Virus record (IMG/VR): IMGVR_UViG_3300032214_001472
Coordinates: 1 to 58,546 of that record
Length of the DNA: 58,546 bases
Strand: one strand, 5' to 3'
Origin: a virus
Lineage: Duplodnaviria > Caudoviricetes
In this document: positions 37,501 through 47,747 of the stretch, one piece after another
How positions within the stretch are numbered: position 1 is the first letter of the stretch
Layout of the letters: every line of letters begins with the position of its first letter
Translations under genes and position numbers: made by a program
Notes under the pieces: generated by a model
Told to the model about the DNA's origin: nothing
The model's input: the letters and a program-made list of their open reading frames with translations, nothing else
Databases searched by the model: none

Positions 37501-40441
37501 AGTAAAAGAACTCTACCCACAAACTGATAGAGACAACCCATCTTCGGATCCAACCGAATCAAGATGTTTTGCAAACTCTGCTCTTATCGGAGAAGTTAAT
37601 GTAAACGATGTTCGCAAGAGCATTACAAAGGAAACCGTTACAAAACTATTAAAGGATGCTGATATTGGAGTTGGTGTTACTAACTTAATCTCAGTAGATT
37701 CTGGTGCAGGTGCTGCCACCACTCATACGATTTACACTTCTATAGATCACGGATTTAATAGAATTGTTAGAGTCAGTATTGCAAATAGTGGAGCTGGATA
37801 TGGAACAGGTATTGCAGGCGATCTGTATAATGCCAAATTGGTTGGCATTGGAACCTCAACCACTGGACAGAATGCAACTGCTAAGATCAGTGTAGACTCC
37901 TTCGGTGGAATCATAGACATCCGTATTATGGATGGTGGTTCTGCATATGGAATTGGAAACACTCTTGCTGTTGTTGGTATTGCAACAACTACAGGTTATT
38001 CTGGAGCAGTTGTAAGAGTTGAAAACATTTATAATAACATTGGTGATACTGTTCGTATTTCTGGTATTTCTTCAGATTCTAATCAGAAATTTAATACGAT
38101 TTATAGAATTACCAATATTGATGTTGGATCAATTAAGGAATTTACAGTTTCATCTGCCTCAACAATTCGAAATGTAAGTACCCTTGGACTTGGTGCAACA
38201 ATTACATCAAATTCTGTAGTCTATGGAATTGGTCCTACATTAAATGTTTCTTCGTTAGATTACAACAATACTACTGGTATTGCAACTGTAACAACAACCA
38301 CTGCACACGGATTAAGAATTGATAGCAAAGTCAGATTGAGTGGTGTAGATCAATCGCTGTACAATGGAGATTTTATTGTACAGGAAAATGTCAATCTAAC
38401 TTCATTTACAGTATATGTTGGAACTGCTAGTTCTGTTCCACCTTATTCTGGAACTGGATATGTTTACCGTGAAGGTATAACCTCTAATGATGGAACTATC
38501 AGTGCAGAAAATGAGAGCATAAATGGTAGAATGGTTCCAAATTATGCTGGAATCACAACTACATTATCTGCAAATATTTCAACTCCTACTACTGATCAGA
38601 TCAATATTACAAACATCAACAATCTTGACATTCAAACTGGAGATTATATTCAGGTTGATGATGAGATTATGAGAATTAAAAACATCAGTCTATCTGGATC
38701 TCCTAGTGCATTAGTCAACCCAATTTATGTTTTCCGTGGAGTACTTGGAACAAAATCTACTGAGCACTTTATTGGATCTATCGTAAGAAGAATTCAGATT
38801 CAACCAACTGAACTTAGAAGACACTCAATTAACAGAGCTTCTGGACATACGTTTGAATATCTTGGATTTGGTCCTGGAAACTATTCAACTGCCTTCCCAG
38901 ATAAGCAGGATCGTTCACTCTCTGCACAAGAAGAACTTCTTTCACAATCAACCAGATCAGATGGAGGTATTAACTTCTATACTGGAATGAATGATAGAGG
39001 TATTTCATATTCTGGTAATAAGAGACTCAGTACTGTTACTGGACAAGAAGAAATTTTTGATACCCCAATTCGTACTGTAACTGGTGAAGATATTGGAAAT
39101 TCTCCATCAATTAACGTCATTTTCCCAGTAGAGGGATCCTTCAGTCGCTCAATAATTGTTGATGGTGGAGAGGATAATAAGTCACTATCTCAGTTTAACG
39201 GTCCAGTTGTCTTTAGCAACAAATTAACATCAACCTCAGACAAGGGTATTGAAGCAAATCTCATATACCTACAAGGAGATTCTGTTGTTTCAAGAAAGTA
39301 TACTGTAGGAATTGCAACTCCAACAGTTTCTGGAAACCCAGGAGATGTTGTTTACTTTGAAAATCCAAACAGAGGTGGATATCTTGGATGGGTTTACACT
39401 GCTGAAAATGATTGGTATCGTTTTGGACCCATCAGCGTTGATAAGAATTCTACGATTGGCATCTTTGACAAAGTTGGCATAGCAACAACTTCACCTGGAA
39501 ATTGCACATTAAGAGTTGGATCTGCATCTTCACTTTTCTGTGTAGACGGAACTGGTGTTGGAATTGGAACAACCGCAAATCTCTTCAAATTAAATGTGGA
39601 GGGAAATACAAACATTGCGGGAACTTGTTATGCTAGAAACTTCATTGGTGATGGTAGTGGATTAGTAAATCTATCAGTTGAAGCAAGCGGATGGAGTAAT
39701 GTTGCTTCTGGACTTGGAACTGGAATCTGGAATACCTATCTTTCAAATGTTGGTATTGGAACAACCGTTCCTAAGTTTAATCTTGAGTTGGGATCTCCAG
39801 GATCTGCAACAACTGCACTTTATGTGAATAGTAGAGCAGTATTTGCTGGATTTACTGTAACTTCTGATCTTACTGTTGGTGGGATGCTAACAGCAACTTC
39901 ATATAGACTTGATAGCTCTTCAAGTAATATTCGTTCTGGAATTATTACTGCTTCAACTCTAATTGTTGGTGCTGGTGGAACAGTAATTACAACAAATTCT
40001 TCACAACAAATTGGTATTGGAACTTTATCTGCAAGAGCTAAGCTAGATATTGAAGGATCGGTTAAGTTTAAGACTTACTCTGAACAAGTAAGTGCATTAT
40101 CGATCTCTGCAAATAATGTCAATGTTGATCTTTCGCAGGCACAAACCTTTACTTTGACAGTTAATAGTGCTATCAATCAGTTTACAATTTTAAATTGTCC
40201 ATCTGGATCTACATCATTCAATATTCTTGTTACTCAAGGATCAACTCCATATGCAGTTGCAGGAATTAGTACTTACTTTAAGAATAATGTTGGTGGAAAT
40301 GTGAACGTATACTGGAGTGGTGGAGGAGTAAAACCAATTGTCACCACGATAGCAAATAAAACTGATATATATTCATTCAAGACATTCGACGGCGGAACTT
40401 CTTGGTACGGTGTTGTTGGAGGACAGAATTTCGCGCTATGA
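34565..40441 (+). CDS. Very large virion/tail protein with pectin-lyase-like N-terminal region
   Basis: MGLSRLDNFLKN..G.ILYV...G.S..RPFKTIQRAL, SITNSNSNFG, repeated VGIGT units; late promoter at 34528. Confidence 0.7.
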   Translation: MGLSRLDNFLKNVRGNILYVNPNDLDSTDSIENQGNSLARPFKTIQRALAEASRFSYQRGLKNDRFGQTTILLYPGDHIVDNRPGWIPDGVNNFRLRNGATTTDFSSWDLTTNFDLNAADNALYKLNSVYGGVIIPRGTSIVGLDLRKTKIRPKYVPNPTNDEIERSAIFRVTGSCYFWQFSIFDADPNGTCYVDYTSNPFVPNFSHHKLTSFEYADGVNNVVINDTFINNYRADRTDLDIYYEKVGLAYGQSSGRAIEPDYPDPNIDIQPKIDEYRIVGSTGASVGITSIKSGDGTTSTTTITVTTTSVLSGLDVDTPFRINGITAEGYDGQFVVSERLSDTVLQYKVQNAPSVALPSVTGSILTLNSDTVTSASPYIFNVSLRSVYGMCGLHADGSRATGFKSMVVAQFTGIGLQKDDNAFVIYDQITGTYQDSSVPGNDSLGTNSRSVFKPAYANYHIKASNDAFIQNVSVFAIGFAEHFLVESGGDMSITNSNSNFGAKALVATGYRQNAYSQDDVGYITHIIPPKEITTPITSIEFNAIDVSSTVGVGTTTERLYLYNQTNSDVPPENVIEGYRIGAKENDNLNVLISIGGSVTQYSSRIVMQNSQDTSEKVFYVNRSPGGINSITSNVATLTQAHTFANGESIRILSDSGQLPDGLNPNSVYYAITSDSGITTNTQIKIAKTRNEAISGNEISINEKGGTLKIVSRVSDKISGDIGHPIQYDSSLGQWYVKVATASTENSIYGTLIGLGVTALGNATPRTFINRQQDNRNSTDTIYRLRYVIPASSGVPVSRPVTDGYIIQESNTSIGSTAGEIQTYFGTGSLTNINQQRNFRFIANANWNASTANILTELPHNLSVGSQVELINIKSSSNPLGVGNSGYNGIFNVTGIASAREFVVGITTSPGDFTSNVNIRDTNLPYYKRKRYQNTYYVYRTQEAQKYVPGTQDGIYYLTVVNSSNSPTVSPFIEKKFSQPVKELYPQTDRDNPSSDPTESRCFANSALIGEVNVNDVRKSITKETVTKLLKDADIGVGVTNLISVDSGAGAATTHTIYTSIDHGFNRIVRVSIANSGAGYGTGIAGDLYNAKLVGIGTSTTGQNATAKISVDSFGGIIDIRIMDGGSAYGIGNTLAVVGIATTTGYSGAVVRVENIYNNIGDTVRISGISSDSNQKFNTIYRITNIDVGSIKEFTVSSASTIRNVSTLGLGATITSNSVVYGIGPTLNVSSLDYNNTTGIATVTTTTAHGLRIDSKVRLSGVDQSLYNGDFIVQENVNLTSFTVYVGTASSVPPYSGTGYVYREGITSNDGTISAENESINGRMVPNYAGITTTLSANISTPTTDQINITNINNLDIQTGDYIQVDDEIMRIKNISLSGSPSALVNPIYVFRGVLGTKSTEHFIGSIVRRIQIQPTELRRHSINRASGHTFEYLGFGPGNYSTAFPDKQDRSLSAQEELLSQSTRSDGGINFYTGMNDRGISYSGNKRLSTVTGQEEIFDTPIRTVTGEDIGNSPSINVIFPVEGSFSRSIIVDGGEDNKSLSQFNGPVVFSNKLTSTSDKGIEANLIYLQGDSVVSRKYTVGIATPTVSGNPGDVVYFENPNRGGYLGWVYTAENDWYRFGPISVDKNSTIGIFDKVGIATTSPGNCTLRVGSASSLFCVDGTGVGIGTTANLFKLNVEGNTNIAGTCYARNFIGDGSGLVNLSVEASGWSNVASGLGTGIWNTYLSNVGIGTTVPKFNLELGSPGSATTALYVNSRAVFAGFTVTSDLTVGGMLTATSYRLDSSSSNIRSGIITASTLIVGAGGTVITTNSSQQIGIGTLSARAKLDIEGSVKFKTYSEQVSALSISANNVNVDLSQAQTFTLTVNSAINQFTILNCPSGSTSFNILVTQGSTPYAVAGISTYFKNNVGGNVNVYWSGGGVKPIVTTIANKTDIYSFKTFDGGTSWYGVVGGQNFAL

Positions 40442-43400
40442 TAGGATTTTTTAACAGTATCCCGACTACAATCGAATTAAACGGTCCTGTTCTTTCATTT
40501 ACAGGATCCAATACTTTACAGCCACTATCAACTTCTTTCTGTGATGGAGGAACTGCTGGGTTTGTTGGTATTGCAACGGCAACATTCCCAGCACAATCTC
40601 CAATAAACCCAGCAGAAAATACTGGATATATTGAGTATCATTGGCATGAAGTTGGAATAGGACAACTTTCAGATTCCTCATCAATTGTTGGATCAGCTAC
40701 TACATTCCTAATTTTATCCGGACTTAAATCTCCACAAGACAACGGAAGAAAATTCTTCCTAAGAGCTGATTATGTTAACTCAGCATATGGTGTTGGAAGA
40801 TCTACAGGTAATGCTATCAACGAATCTTTAGATTCTAATATTGTAACGTTGGGAATGCGTCCAAATATTGGAATCACAACTCAACCAATAGACACACCAA
40901 TTGCTCAGGGAGCATCTGCAAAATTTAGTATAGGTGCTAATGCGACTGATGCTACAAATAGTAGTTTAACTTACCAGTGGTATGCCAATGGAAACCTATT
41001 GAGAGATGGTAGGAATTCTATTGCAATATATCCATCTCCAAATCCAACACAAACAATAACTGTTTCTGGTTGGAATGGAACTGGAATTTATTTGGATTTA
41101 GTCCAATATGTAGGAAATGTTAATCTAACAATTACAACATCCGAAGAATCTGGTATATTCCACTATATCAATATACCTGGAGTTGCAAATATTCCAGAAA
41201 ATTTGGGAACAAGAACTTATACCCTTCAAGGTGGTAGAATTTATGGACCTTGCAGTGCTCCAAATGGCAATCTTTATATTGGTAATGAAACTCCAGTTGG
41301 GGGAACAAATAGACTTGTAGTGGAAGAAGGTGGAGATGATTGGAATGACATGATTCTTACCACTAATGCGGGATTCTTTAAGAGATATAGTTCTGCTCCA
41401 CAATCAGCAGTAATTTCTGGAGTAAGTACTTCCAGAATGACAATTACAAATTCCTCAGGAATTTCTACAACAATTGATCTGGCAAGTGTAACATCATATT
41501 CTGCATTTGATCCAAAAGAAATTTACACTATTACAACAAATACTGATGTAAAAGTTCAAGCATACTTAAAAGGTGGAAAGGGCGGAACTTCTACTTATTT
41601 GAGAAGTGTTGCTGGAGGTGAGGGTGGAACCTCCAGTGGTATTGTTACATTTTTTGCAGGAAGATCGTACCAAGTTATTAGAGGATCTGCAGCAAATAAT
41701 TCTACAGCAGGATCTCCTGGTGGAGGTGCTGGAAATGGTGGAGGCGGTGGTGGCGGATATACTGGATTGTTTGCCGCAACACAGTCACAGTCATATCAAT
41801 CAAACGTAACTCATGTTTTTGATAATAATTCAAATACACATATTCTTACTCAAAGTAGTCCAGACTTGACTGTAGGTTATATGAACCCATCTGCTGGAGA
41901 TGGCTTGCCATGTGGAACTATTTCTTATGGAAAGTATTATAAAGTAACCTTTAAAGTTCCATTTACCGATGCCAATTATGGCATTGCAATCAATTCATTA
42001 TGCCAACAAACAGCTGGTGGTGGCGGTGGATCGATGTCTGTTGCTGGTATTGCAAATAAAACTAAGTTTGGGTTTGATATTTGGTTCTGCAAAAATAGTT
42101 ATAATAGTTACATTAGATGTTTTTCCTTTACAACCACTGGTGTTAAAGAATCAATTTCTTTAGCAAATGCAATGCTAATTGCAGGTGGTGGAGGTGGTGG
42201 ATCTAATGATGCTGAGATTGGTGGTGCTGGTGGCGGTACTGCTGGTGGAAATGGACAGGCAGGAAATAAAGGAGGAACTCAAAGTTCTGGAGGATCTGGG
42301 GATAATCATGCTGGAGATCGTCCAGGATCCGCAGGAGCTGCTTTACAGGGTGGTTCTGGCGCTGCTGGCGGTGGTGGAGGTTATTATGGTGGTGGAGGCG
42401 GTGGGGGATACCCTGGATGTTGTGATGACTGGGCTGGAGGCGGTGGATCTGGATATATTCACCCAACATTAGTTACTAATGGGACATTCACTCCAAACGG
42501 AAAAAATGATGTAGCATCTATTGATGGGATTCTTGTTCTTGATATTTTATTCAATCCAACATCAATAGCAATTTGCAATGTTTCTGGTGCAACAACTCCC
42601 AATCTAGCAATATCTTGTGATACTTTAGGAACTTTAGCAATTAGTTGTTTGGTTTCTCATCCATCAGCTTGCAATTCTCCTCTTTTAAGTAATACCGTTT
42701 CAATGCAAATTGTAAACGCTAGCCAAATACTAAAGGTTGAGAGAATAGAGCAAAGTGGCACTTCATCTGCAGCCTTAACTTCATGGAATCTATATACTCA
42801 AGGAGAATATACGCTGAGTGGAAGTGGAGGTGTTAATCCTGCATTGTTCTCCTTCTATGCAGCAGAAAGAGATCTTGATGTCTTTATTGATCTTTATGGT
42901 GGGGCAGGATCTGCTTACGGAGCAAACATTGGAGGACAAGGTGGAGTTTCTACCATTAGGCTTACTTTAAAGAAAGATGTGGAATATGTACTAGCAGGAT
43001 TATCTGCTGGTGGCGCAGTTTTTCTTTATAGGCAGGCAACATTGATTGCTGTTGTTGGAGCAGGAGGAAATGGTGGACTTGTAGGGGCTGGCGGTGCTGG
43101 TGGTGGAGTAAATGTGTCAGGTAGTGTTGGTTTTGGTAGAGGTGGTGGCAATGGTGGCTTAGTAGTTGCTATTGGTGGATTAACAACTAACGGCTCTTTT
43201 GGATCTGCATATCCACAAGCATCGTCGGCTTTAAGAAGTGGTGATTCTAATACAAGTGCTCCAAATGGAGGAAGAGCAGTATCTTGTCCTAAAGGCGATT
43301 ATTGGTCTGGAATTTCTCCTTGTACTAACGTTGGGAATGTCCAATTTTATCTTGCAAATGGAACTCGTATAACAAACAGTGCCACAATAGCTAGAGGATT

Positions 43401-43611
43401 TAAAGCTGGATATGGTATTCGCAATACTGCTGGACTTGGGTTGAATGTTGGTGGCAATGGTGGTAATGGTGCAACAGGTGGAGCAGGTGGATCTCAAGGA
43501 GGTGGTGGAGGAGGATCTGGATATAGTGATGGATCTTTTACAATCACTTCAACCAGACAAGGAGGAAATGCAGGAGCTTCGAAGGTGGTTATTAGATCGG
43601 CATTAGTATAA
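40438..43611 (+). CDS. Virion protein with Ig-like domains and Gly-rich (polyglycine) domains
   Basis: ITTQP...SLTYQWY Ig-like motif; GGxGG arrays; ATGA overlap with the upstream gene. Confidence 0.7.
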   Translation: MIGFFNSIPTTIELNGPVLSFTGSNTLQPLSTSFCDGGTAGFVGIATATFPAQSPINPAENTGYIEYHWHEVGIGQLSDSSSIVGSATTFLILSGLKSPQDNGRKFFLRADYVNSAYGVGRSTGNAINESLDSNIVTLGMRPNIGITTQPIDTPIAQGASAKFSIGANATDATNSSLTYQWYANGNLLRDGRNSIAIYPSPNPTQTITVSGWNGTGIYLDLVQYVGNVNLTITTSEESGIFHYINIPGVANIPENLGTRTYTLQGGRIYGPCSAPNGNLYIGNETPVGGTNRLVVEEGGDDWNDMILTTNAGFFKRYSSAPQSAVISGVSTSRMTITNSSGISTTIDLASVTSYSAFDPKEIYTITTNTDVKVQAYLKGGKGGTSTYLRSVAGGEGGTSSGIVTFFAGRSYQVIRGSAANNSTAGSPGGGAGNGGGGGGGYTGLFAATQSQSYQSNVTHVFDNNSNTHILTQSSPDLTVGYMNPSAGDGLPCGTISYGKYYKVTFKVPFTDANYGIAINSLCQQTAGGGGGSMSVAGIANKTKFGFDIWFCKNSYNSYIRCFSFTTTGVKESISLANAMLIAGGGGGGSNDAEIGGAGGGTAGGNGQAGNKGGTQSSGGSGDNHAGDRPGSAGAALQGGSGAAGGGGGYYGGGGGGGYPGCCDDWAGGGGSGYIHPTLVTNGTFTPNGKNDVASIDGILVLDILFNPTSIAICNVSGATTPNLAISCDTLGTLAISCLVSHPSACNSPLLSNTVSMQIVNASQILKVERIEQSGTSSAALTSWNLYTQGEYTLSGSGGVNPALFSFYAAERDLDVFIDLYGGAGSAYGANIGGQGGVSTIRLTLKKDVEYVLAGLSAGGAVFLYRQATLIAVVGAGGNGGLVGAGGAGGGVNVSGSVGFGRGGGNGGLVVAIGGLTTNGSFGSAYPQASSALRSGDSNTSAPNGGRAVSCPKGDYWSGISPCTNVGNVQFYLANGTRITNSATIARGFKAGYGIRNTAGLGLNVGGNGGNGATGGAGGSQGGGGGGSGYSDGSFTITSTRQGGNAGASKVVIRSALV

Positions 43612-43614
43612 ATA
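43607..43614 (+). promoter_or_regulatory. T4-type late promoter TATAAATA
   Basis: Exact consensus upstream of 43645. Confidence 0.8.
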
Positions 43615-43644
43615 ATAAAAAATACTGGGGGAGAGTGAACCCAA

Positions 43645-46185
43645 ATGTCAGTCAATAAGAATTTTGTTGTTAAAAATGGCATTGAGGTAGGCACCAACCT
43701 AATAGTTGCTAACGCTGCTACCAATAAAGTTGGTATTGGTAGCACCTTACCTAGAATAGAGTTAGACGTTAGAGGTAGTTTTGCTTCTACCAACTCATAT
43801 ACAAGTGGAGTTTCTACAGTCTTTACTGAATTTAATGTAGGAACTAACGGAGAAGTCTTTACTGTTCTTGGAGTTGGTGGTTCTATTGGTATAGGAACCC
43901 AAACTCCTGGTTACTTACTTGATGTTCGTGCCCCAGTGAGCACTGGACAGACTGCACTATTTGTTAGAGGAGATACGAGAGTCAGTGGAAATTTAAATAT
44001 TGAAGGTGATGTATTCCTAGATGACATTACTCTTGATCAGGCAGATATTGCTACATTAATTGTCACTAGTTCAGCAAATATTGTCACATTAAACGTACCA
44101 ACAACAGCTACAGTCAATACTGGTATTATTACCAATATTAGTGGTTCAACTGCAACATATACGAATATTACAGGAACAGCAGTAACATCAAACGCATACA
44201 ATATTGGTGCAGTTTCTGTAATTACAAACTCAAGAGAGTTGCAAAATATTACTGCTGTAGACTCAACAACAGCAGCAACTATTGAATCAGTTATTCAAAA
44301 TGCACCTAACATCTTTACTGATCTAAGTGTTCCTGGTATTTCAACTCTTGGTGTTACATCAACAACTCAGTTGACTGCAAGAAATCTAAATGTAAGTGGA
44401 ATCTCAAGTCTTGGAACCTTACAAAATCTATTTGTAACTTCTTCTGGAATTTCAACACTTGGAACAGTCGTAGTTTCATCTGGAGTAATTACGTCCACAA
44501 ATGCATCTGATGTTGTTTATTATGGTGATGGACAATTCTTAAAGAATGCTATTCGTGGTATTGGTATTGGAACTTTTGGAACTATTATCGGATACGGCGC
44601 AACTATCTTTGACTTCCGTGGATCTGGTATTGGTACTGTTAGGGTTGGTTCTGGCATCGGTACTGTTTTTGTAGAGAACACCGGAGCACAGGTTTCTATC
44701 GGAACTGCTCCACCTTCAGGAGCAAAAGTCGGTGACTTATGGTATAGCATGAATCTTGGTAGAACATTTATCTACTATGATGAAGTTGCTGTTGGTGCTG
44801 GTTCATCTGCTTTCTGGGTTGATGCTGCACCATTCAACATGAGTGTTCTGAGCACTCTTGATAGCATTCTTCTTGCACCAAAGACTGCAACAAATCCAAG
44901 TGTAGGATTCAATACAGATACATCAACAGGATTCTTCTCACCAGGTCCAGGACAATTTACAGTTGTCTCAACTGGATCATCAATCTTAAACGTTAATCCA
45001 AGTGGAGTTAATGTAAGTGGAGCACTCACTGCAACATCTCTTGATGCAAGTGCAGGAGTTGTAACTGCTTCAACATTAAGAGCACAGAACTTAACAGTCT
45101 ATAATGTTGCCGATGCTCAAGGTCCACTATGGGCAAGAACAGAAGCAATTATTGGTACAAGAAATATAACTACAAACTCTGCAGAAGTTAACATTCGTCA
45201 GGGTAATGTTGATATTGCAGGTATTTTAACTGCTAATAGTTTGAGATCTACTAATATTAGTGTATCTGGAATTTCCACGCTCAATAATGTAATAGTTGGT
45301 GGATCGACAACTGCACTTTTTGTAAATGGAGATGCAAGAGTTACTGGAGTTCTTACAATTGGACAGGGAACAATTACAATTGATGGAGATAGTAAGACAA
45401 TTTCTGTAGGTTCAAGTGGTTTATTTACTGGTAATGTAAATGGCAATGTCAATTCTACTGGTGTTTCTACAGTTGCTAACTTAAGATCTACCAATATTAA
45501 CGCAACTGGTATAGTTACTGCCACAACATTTTCAGGTTCTCTAAGTGGAACTGCTACCAATGCCACTAATGCTACTTTAGCAGCAGGAACAGCGACTGTT
45601 AACTATGTAACCTTTGCACAGGCAGCAACAGGAAATCAACCTCTTAAGACTGATACTGGATTAACATATAATGCTTCCACTAATGTCCTTGGTGCTACAG
45701 TTAGTGGATCTGCAGCATCTTGGACTACAGGAAGAACAATTGCATTAACTGGTGAAGTAACTGGCACATCTGCCGCCTTTAATGGAACTGCAAACCTCAG
45801 TTTTGCAACAACTATTGCAAGTGGTGTTGTTGCTGCTGCAAATCTTGATGGAGCACAAACTGGATCCGCTCCAATATATGGTGCTAGAGCTTGGGTAAAC
45901 TTTAATGGTACTGGTGGAGTTGGAGCCCAAACTGTTAGAGCATCTGCTAACATTACAAGTGTATCTAAAACTGCTACCGGTACTTATACTGTAAATATAG
46001 CTACAGATATGTCAGATGCAAATTATTCTGTTTCTGGAGCGGTATCTCAACAAGCGGCATTTAGTAATAATTTCTTTACTATGACAAGTCTTGCGGCAGG
46101 ATCATTTGTAGTGTATTCATATACTGTGAATACAGCACCAGCTGCTGAAGATGCTATAATTGTAACAGCTGCCGTTCATCGGTAA
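43645..46185 (+). CDS. Long tail fibre protein
   Basis: KNFVVKNGIEV, VGIG/SGISTL repeats, RTIALTGEVTG, C-term ARAWVNFNGTG...TGTYTV. Confidence 0.75.
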   Translation: MSVNKNFVVKNGIEVGTNLIVANAATNKVGIGSTLPRIELDVRGSFASTNSYTSGVSTVFTEFNVGTNGEVFTVLGVGGSIGIGTQTPGYLLDVRAPVSTGQTALFVRGDTRVSGNLNIEGDVFLDDITLDQADIATLIVTSSANIVTLNVPTTATVNTGIITNISGSTATYTNITGTAVTSNAYNIGAVSVITNSRELQNITAVDSTTAATIESVIQNAPNIFTDLSVPGISTLGVTSTTQLTARNLNVSGISSLGTLQNLFVTSSGISTLGTVVVSSGVITSTNASDVVYYGDGQFLKNAIRGIGIGTFGTIIGYGATIFDFRGSGIGTVRVGSGIGTVFVENTGAQVSIGTAPPSGAKVGDLWYSMNLGRTFIYYDEVAVGAGSSAFWVDAAPFNMSVLSTLDSILLAPKTATNPSVGFNTDTSTGFFSPGPGQFTVVSTGSSILNVNPSGVNVSGALTATSLDASAGVVTASTLRAQNLTVYNVADAQGPLWARTEAIIGTRNITTNSAEVNIRQGNVDIAGILTANSLRSTNISVSGISTLNNVIVGGSTTALFVNGDARVTGVLTIGQGTITIDGDSKTISVGSSGLFTGNVNGNVNSTGVSTVANLRSTNINATGIVTATTFSGSLSGTATNATNATLAAGTATVNYVTFAQAATGNQPLKTDTGLTYNASTNVLGATVSGSAASWTTGRTIALTGEVTGTSAAFNGTANLSFATTIASGVVAAANLDGAQTGSAPIYGARAWVNFNGTGGVGAQTVRASANITSVSKTATGTYTVNIATDMSDANYSVSGAVSQQAAFSNNFFTMTSLAAGSFVVYSYTVNTAPAAEDAIIVTAAVHR

Positions 46186-46220
46186 ATTATTACTAAATAA
46201 AAATAAAATAAAAAAATATT

Positions 46221-46484
46221 ATGTCTCAACTAATTTTAATGGAAAATGACATTGGTGGGGCAGCAATATGCTATCCAACGCCTGAAGCATTAGAAACTTA
46301 TACAATCACAGAAATAGCATTTAAAGACACTCCAACCGGACAACCATTTTGGATTGTTGATGAAGAAAATATTTCGAATGATCATACGTTCTTCAATGCG
46401 TGGGAACTTGATACAGAAGCACTTGGAGAACCTACTGGATATGGTATGGACTATGAAGATTGGAAAAAGGAGTACAAAAAATGA
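46221..46484 (+). CDS. Fibre-associated small protein (assembly chaperone-like)
   Basis: IA.KD.PTG.PFWIVD...F.AW; directly follows the fibre gene. Confidence 0.55.
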   Translation: MSQLILMENDIGGAAICYPTPEALETYTITEIAFKDTPTGQPFWIVDEENISNDHTFFNAWELDTEALGEPTGYGMDYEDWKKEYKK

Positions 46485-46777
46485 TTAAAGTTAATATTGA
46501 TAAAGCAAAAGAAATTCAAAAAGATAAGATGAGAGTGGTAAGAAAACCACTTCTTGAAAAACTTGATGTGGACTTTGTACGTGCATTAGAAGTTGGTGGC
46601 GATACCGATTCTATCTCAGCACAAAAACAAGCACTTAGAGATGTAACCGATATTGTTACGGAAACAGAAATTTCTGGAACAACCGTTGATGAAATCACAA
46701 CAGAACTCAAAGCAATCTGGGATGAAGAATTACTGGGGGGAAATCCTTCTGCTCTTAATTTAAATGGCACGAACTAA
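46481..46777 (+). CDS. Tail fibre assembly chaperone-like protein
   Basis: R.PLL..LDV.F..A.E...KQALRD.T...ELKA.W; AAGGAG SD. Confidence 0.6.
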   Translation: MIKVNIDKAKEIQKDKMRVVRKPLLEKLDVDFVRALEVGGDTDSISAQKQALRDVTDIVTETEISGTTVDEITTELKAIWDEELLGGNPSALNLNGTN

Positions 46778-47717
46778 AGGACAATTAATATCTCCAATTG
46801 GTATCTTAACTGCCAGTGAAGTTAAAGTAACAGGAAATGTCAATGTAACTGGTATTATTACTGCAGGAAGTTTTAGTGGAATAAGAACTGATGTATATAC
46901 TTTGGGAGTGGGAACTGTAGCACATTTACGTTCTACAAATATTAATGCAACAGGAATCATAACTGCTAATAATGTAGTTGCTGGAGCAGCTCAAACCACA
47001 TTGATTGTTCAAGGGGATGCAAGAATTACCGGTATATTAACTATTGGTACTGGTAGCATTACTCTAAATGGATCCACAAACAACATAACTGGTATTGCAT
47101 CAATTACAGATAGTTCAAATCGTAAATTGGTTGCATTGAACACTGGTGGCACAAATATAACTATGTGGCATCAAGCAACATCTCCAGTTGGATGGACAAA
47201 GGTTACCACTCATAATAATAAGTCGTTGAGAGTTGTATCTGGAACTGGTGGTGGTTCTGGTGGTACTAGTGCATTTACATCGGTATTTGCATCTAGAACT
47301 CCTGCAGGATCTGTTTCTGTTTCTGGATCTAACTCTGGTGGTAGTGTCTCAAATACAACTGCTGGAGGTTCTGTTTCTGGTAGCAATAGTGGTGGCTCCG
47401 TAAGTGATACAACTTTAGCTACTAGTCAGATACCATCGCACCAACACTCATATTCGCAGTGGAATACTGCAAACGGTACTGCTGCAGGTTCAGGACGTGC
47501 TGGAGCATTAACTGGATCGGATAATACTAATGGAACTGGTGGTGGTGGAGCACACGGACACGGATTTACTAATCCATCCTGGAGTGGTTCATTTACTGGA
47601 ACTTCTCACGGACACACTTTTAATAATCCATCCTGGAGTGGTTCTGGATCTTTCAGTGGTAGTGCAATGGACTTTGATGTACAGTATATTGATATGATTC
47701 TATGCTCTTTCGATTAA
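46764..47717 (+). CDS. Short tail fibre with collar-like region and HxH needle
   Basis: PVGWTK..HNNK.LRVVSG, QIPSHQH, HGHG, VQYID. Confidence 0.7.
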   Translation: MARTKGQLISPIGILTASEVKVTGNVNVTGIITAGSFSGIRTDVYTLGVGTVAHLRSTNINATGIITANNVVAGAAQTTLIVQGDARITGILTIGTGSITLNGSTNNITGIASITDSSNRKLVALNTGGTNITMWHQATSPVGWTKVTTHNNKSLRVVSGTGGGSGGTSAFTSVFASRTPAGSVSVSGSNSGGSVSNTTAGGSVSGSNSGGSVSDTTLATSQIPSHQHSYSQWNTANGTAAGSGRAGALTGSDNTNGTGGGGAHGHGFTNPSWSGSFTGTSHGHTFNNPSWSGSGSFSGSAMDFDVQYIDMILCSFD

Positions 47718-47747
47718 TAAATACTAAAAAGAACTCAATATAATCCC

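Noticed and set aside
46460-46484. Possible -1 frameshift joining 46221 and 46481 (G AAA AAG / C AAA AAA)
   Set aside because: Heptamers are non-canonical, and a good AAGGAG SD plus ATGA overlap explains independent initiation.
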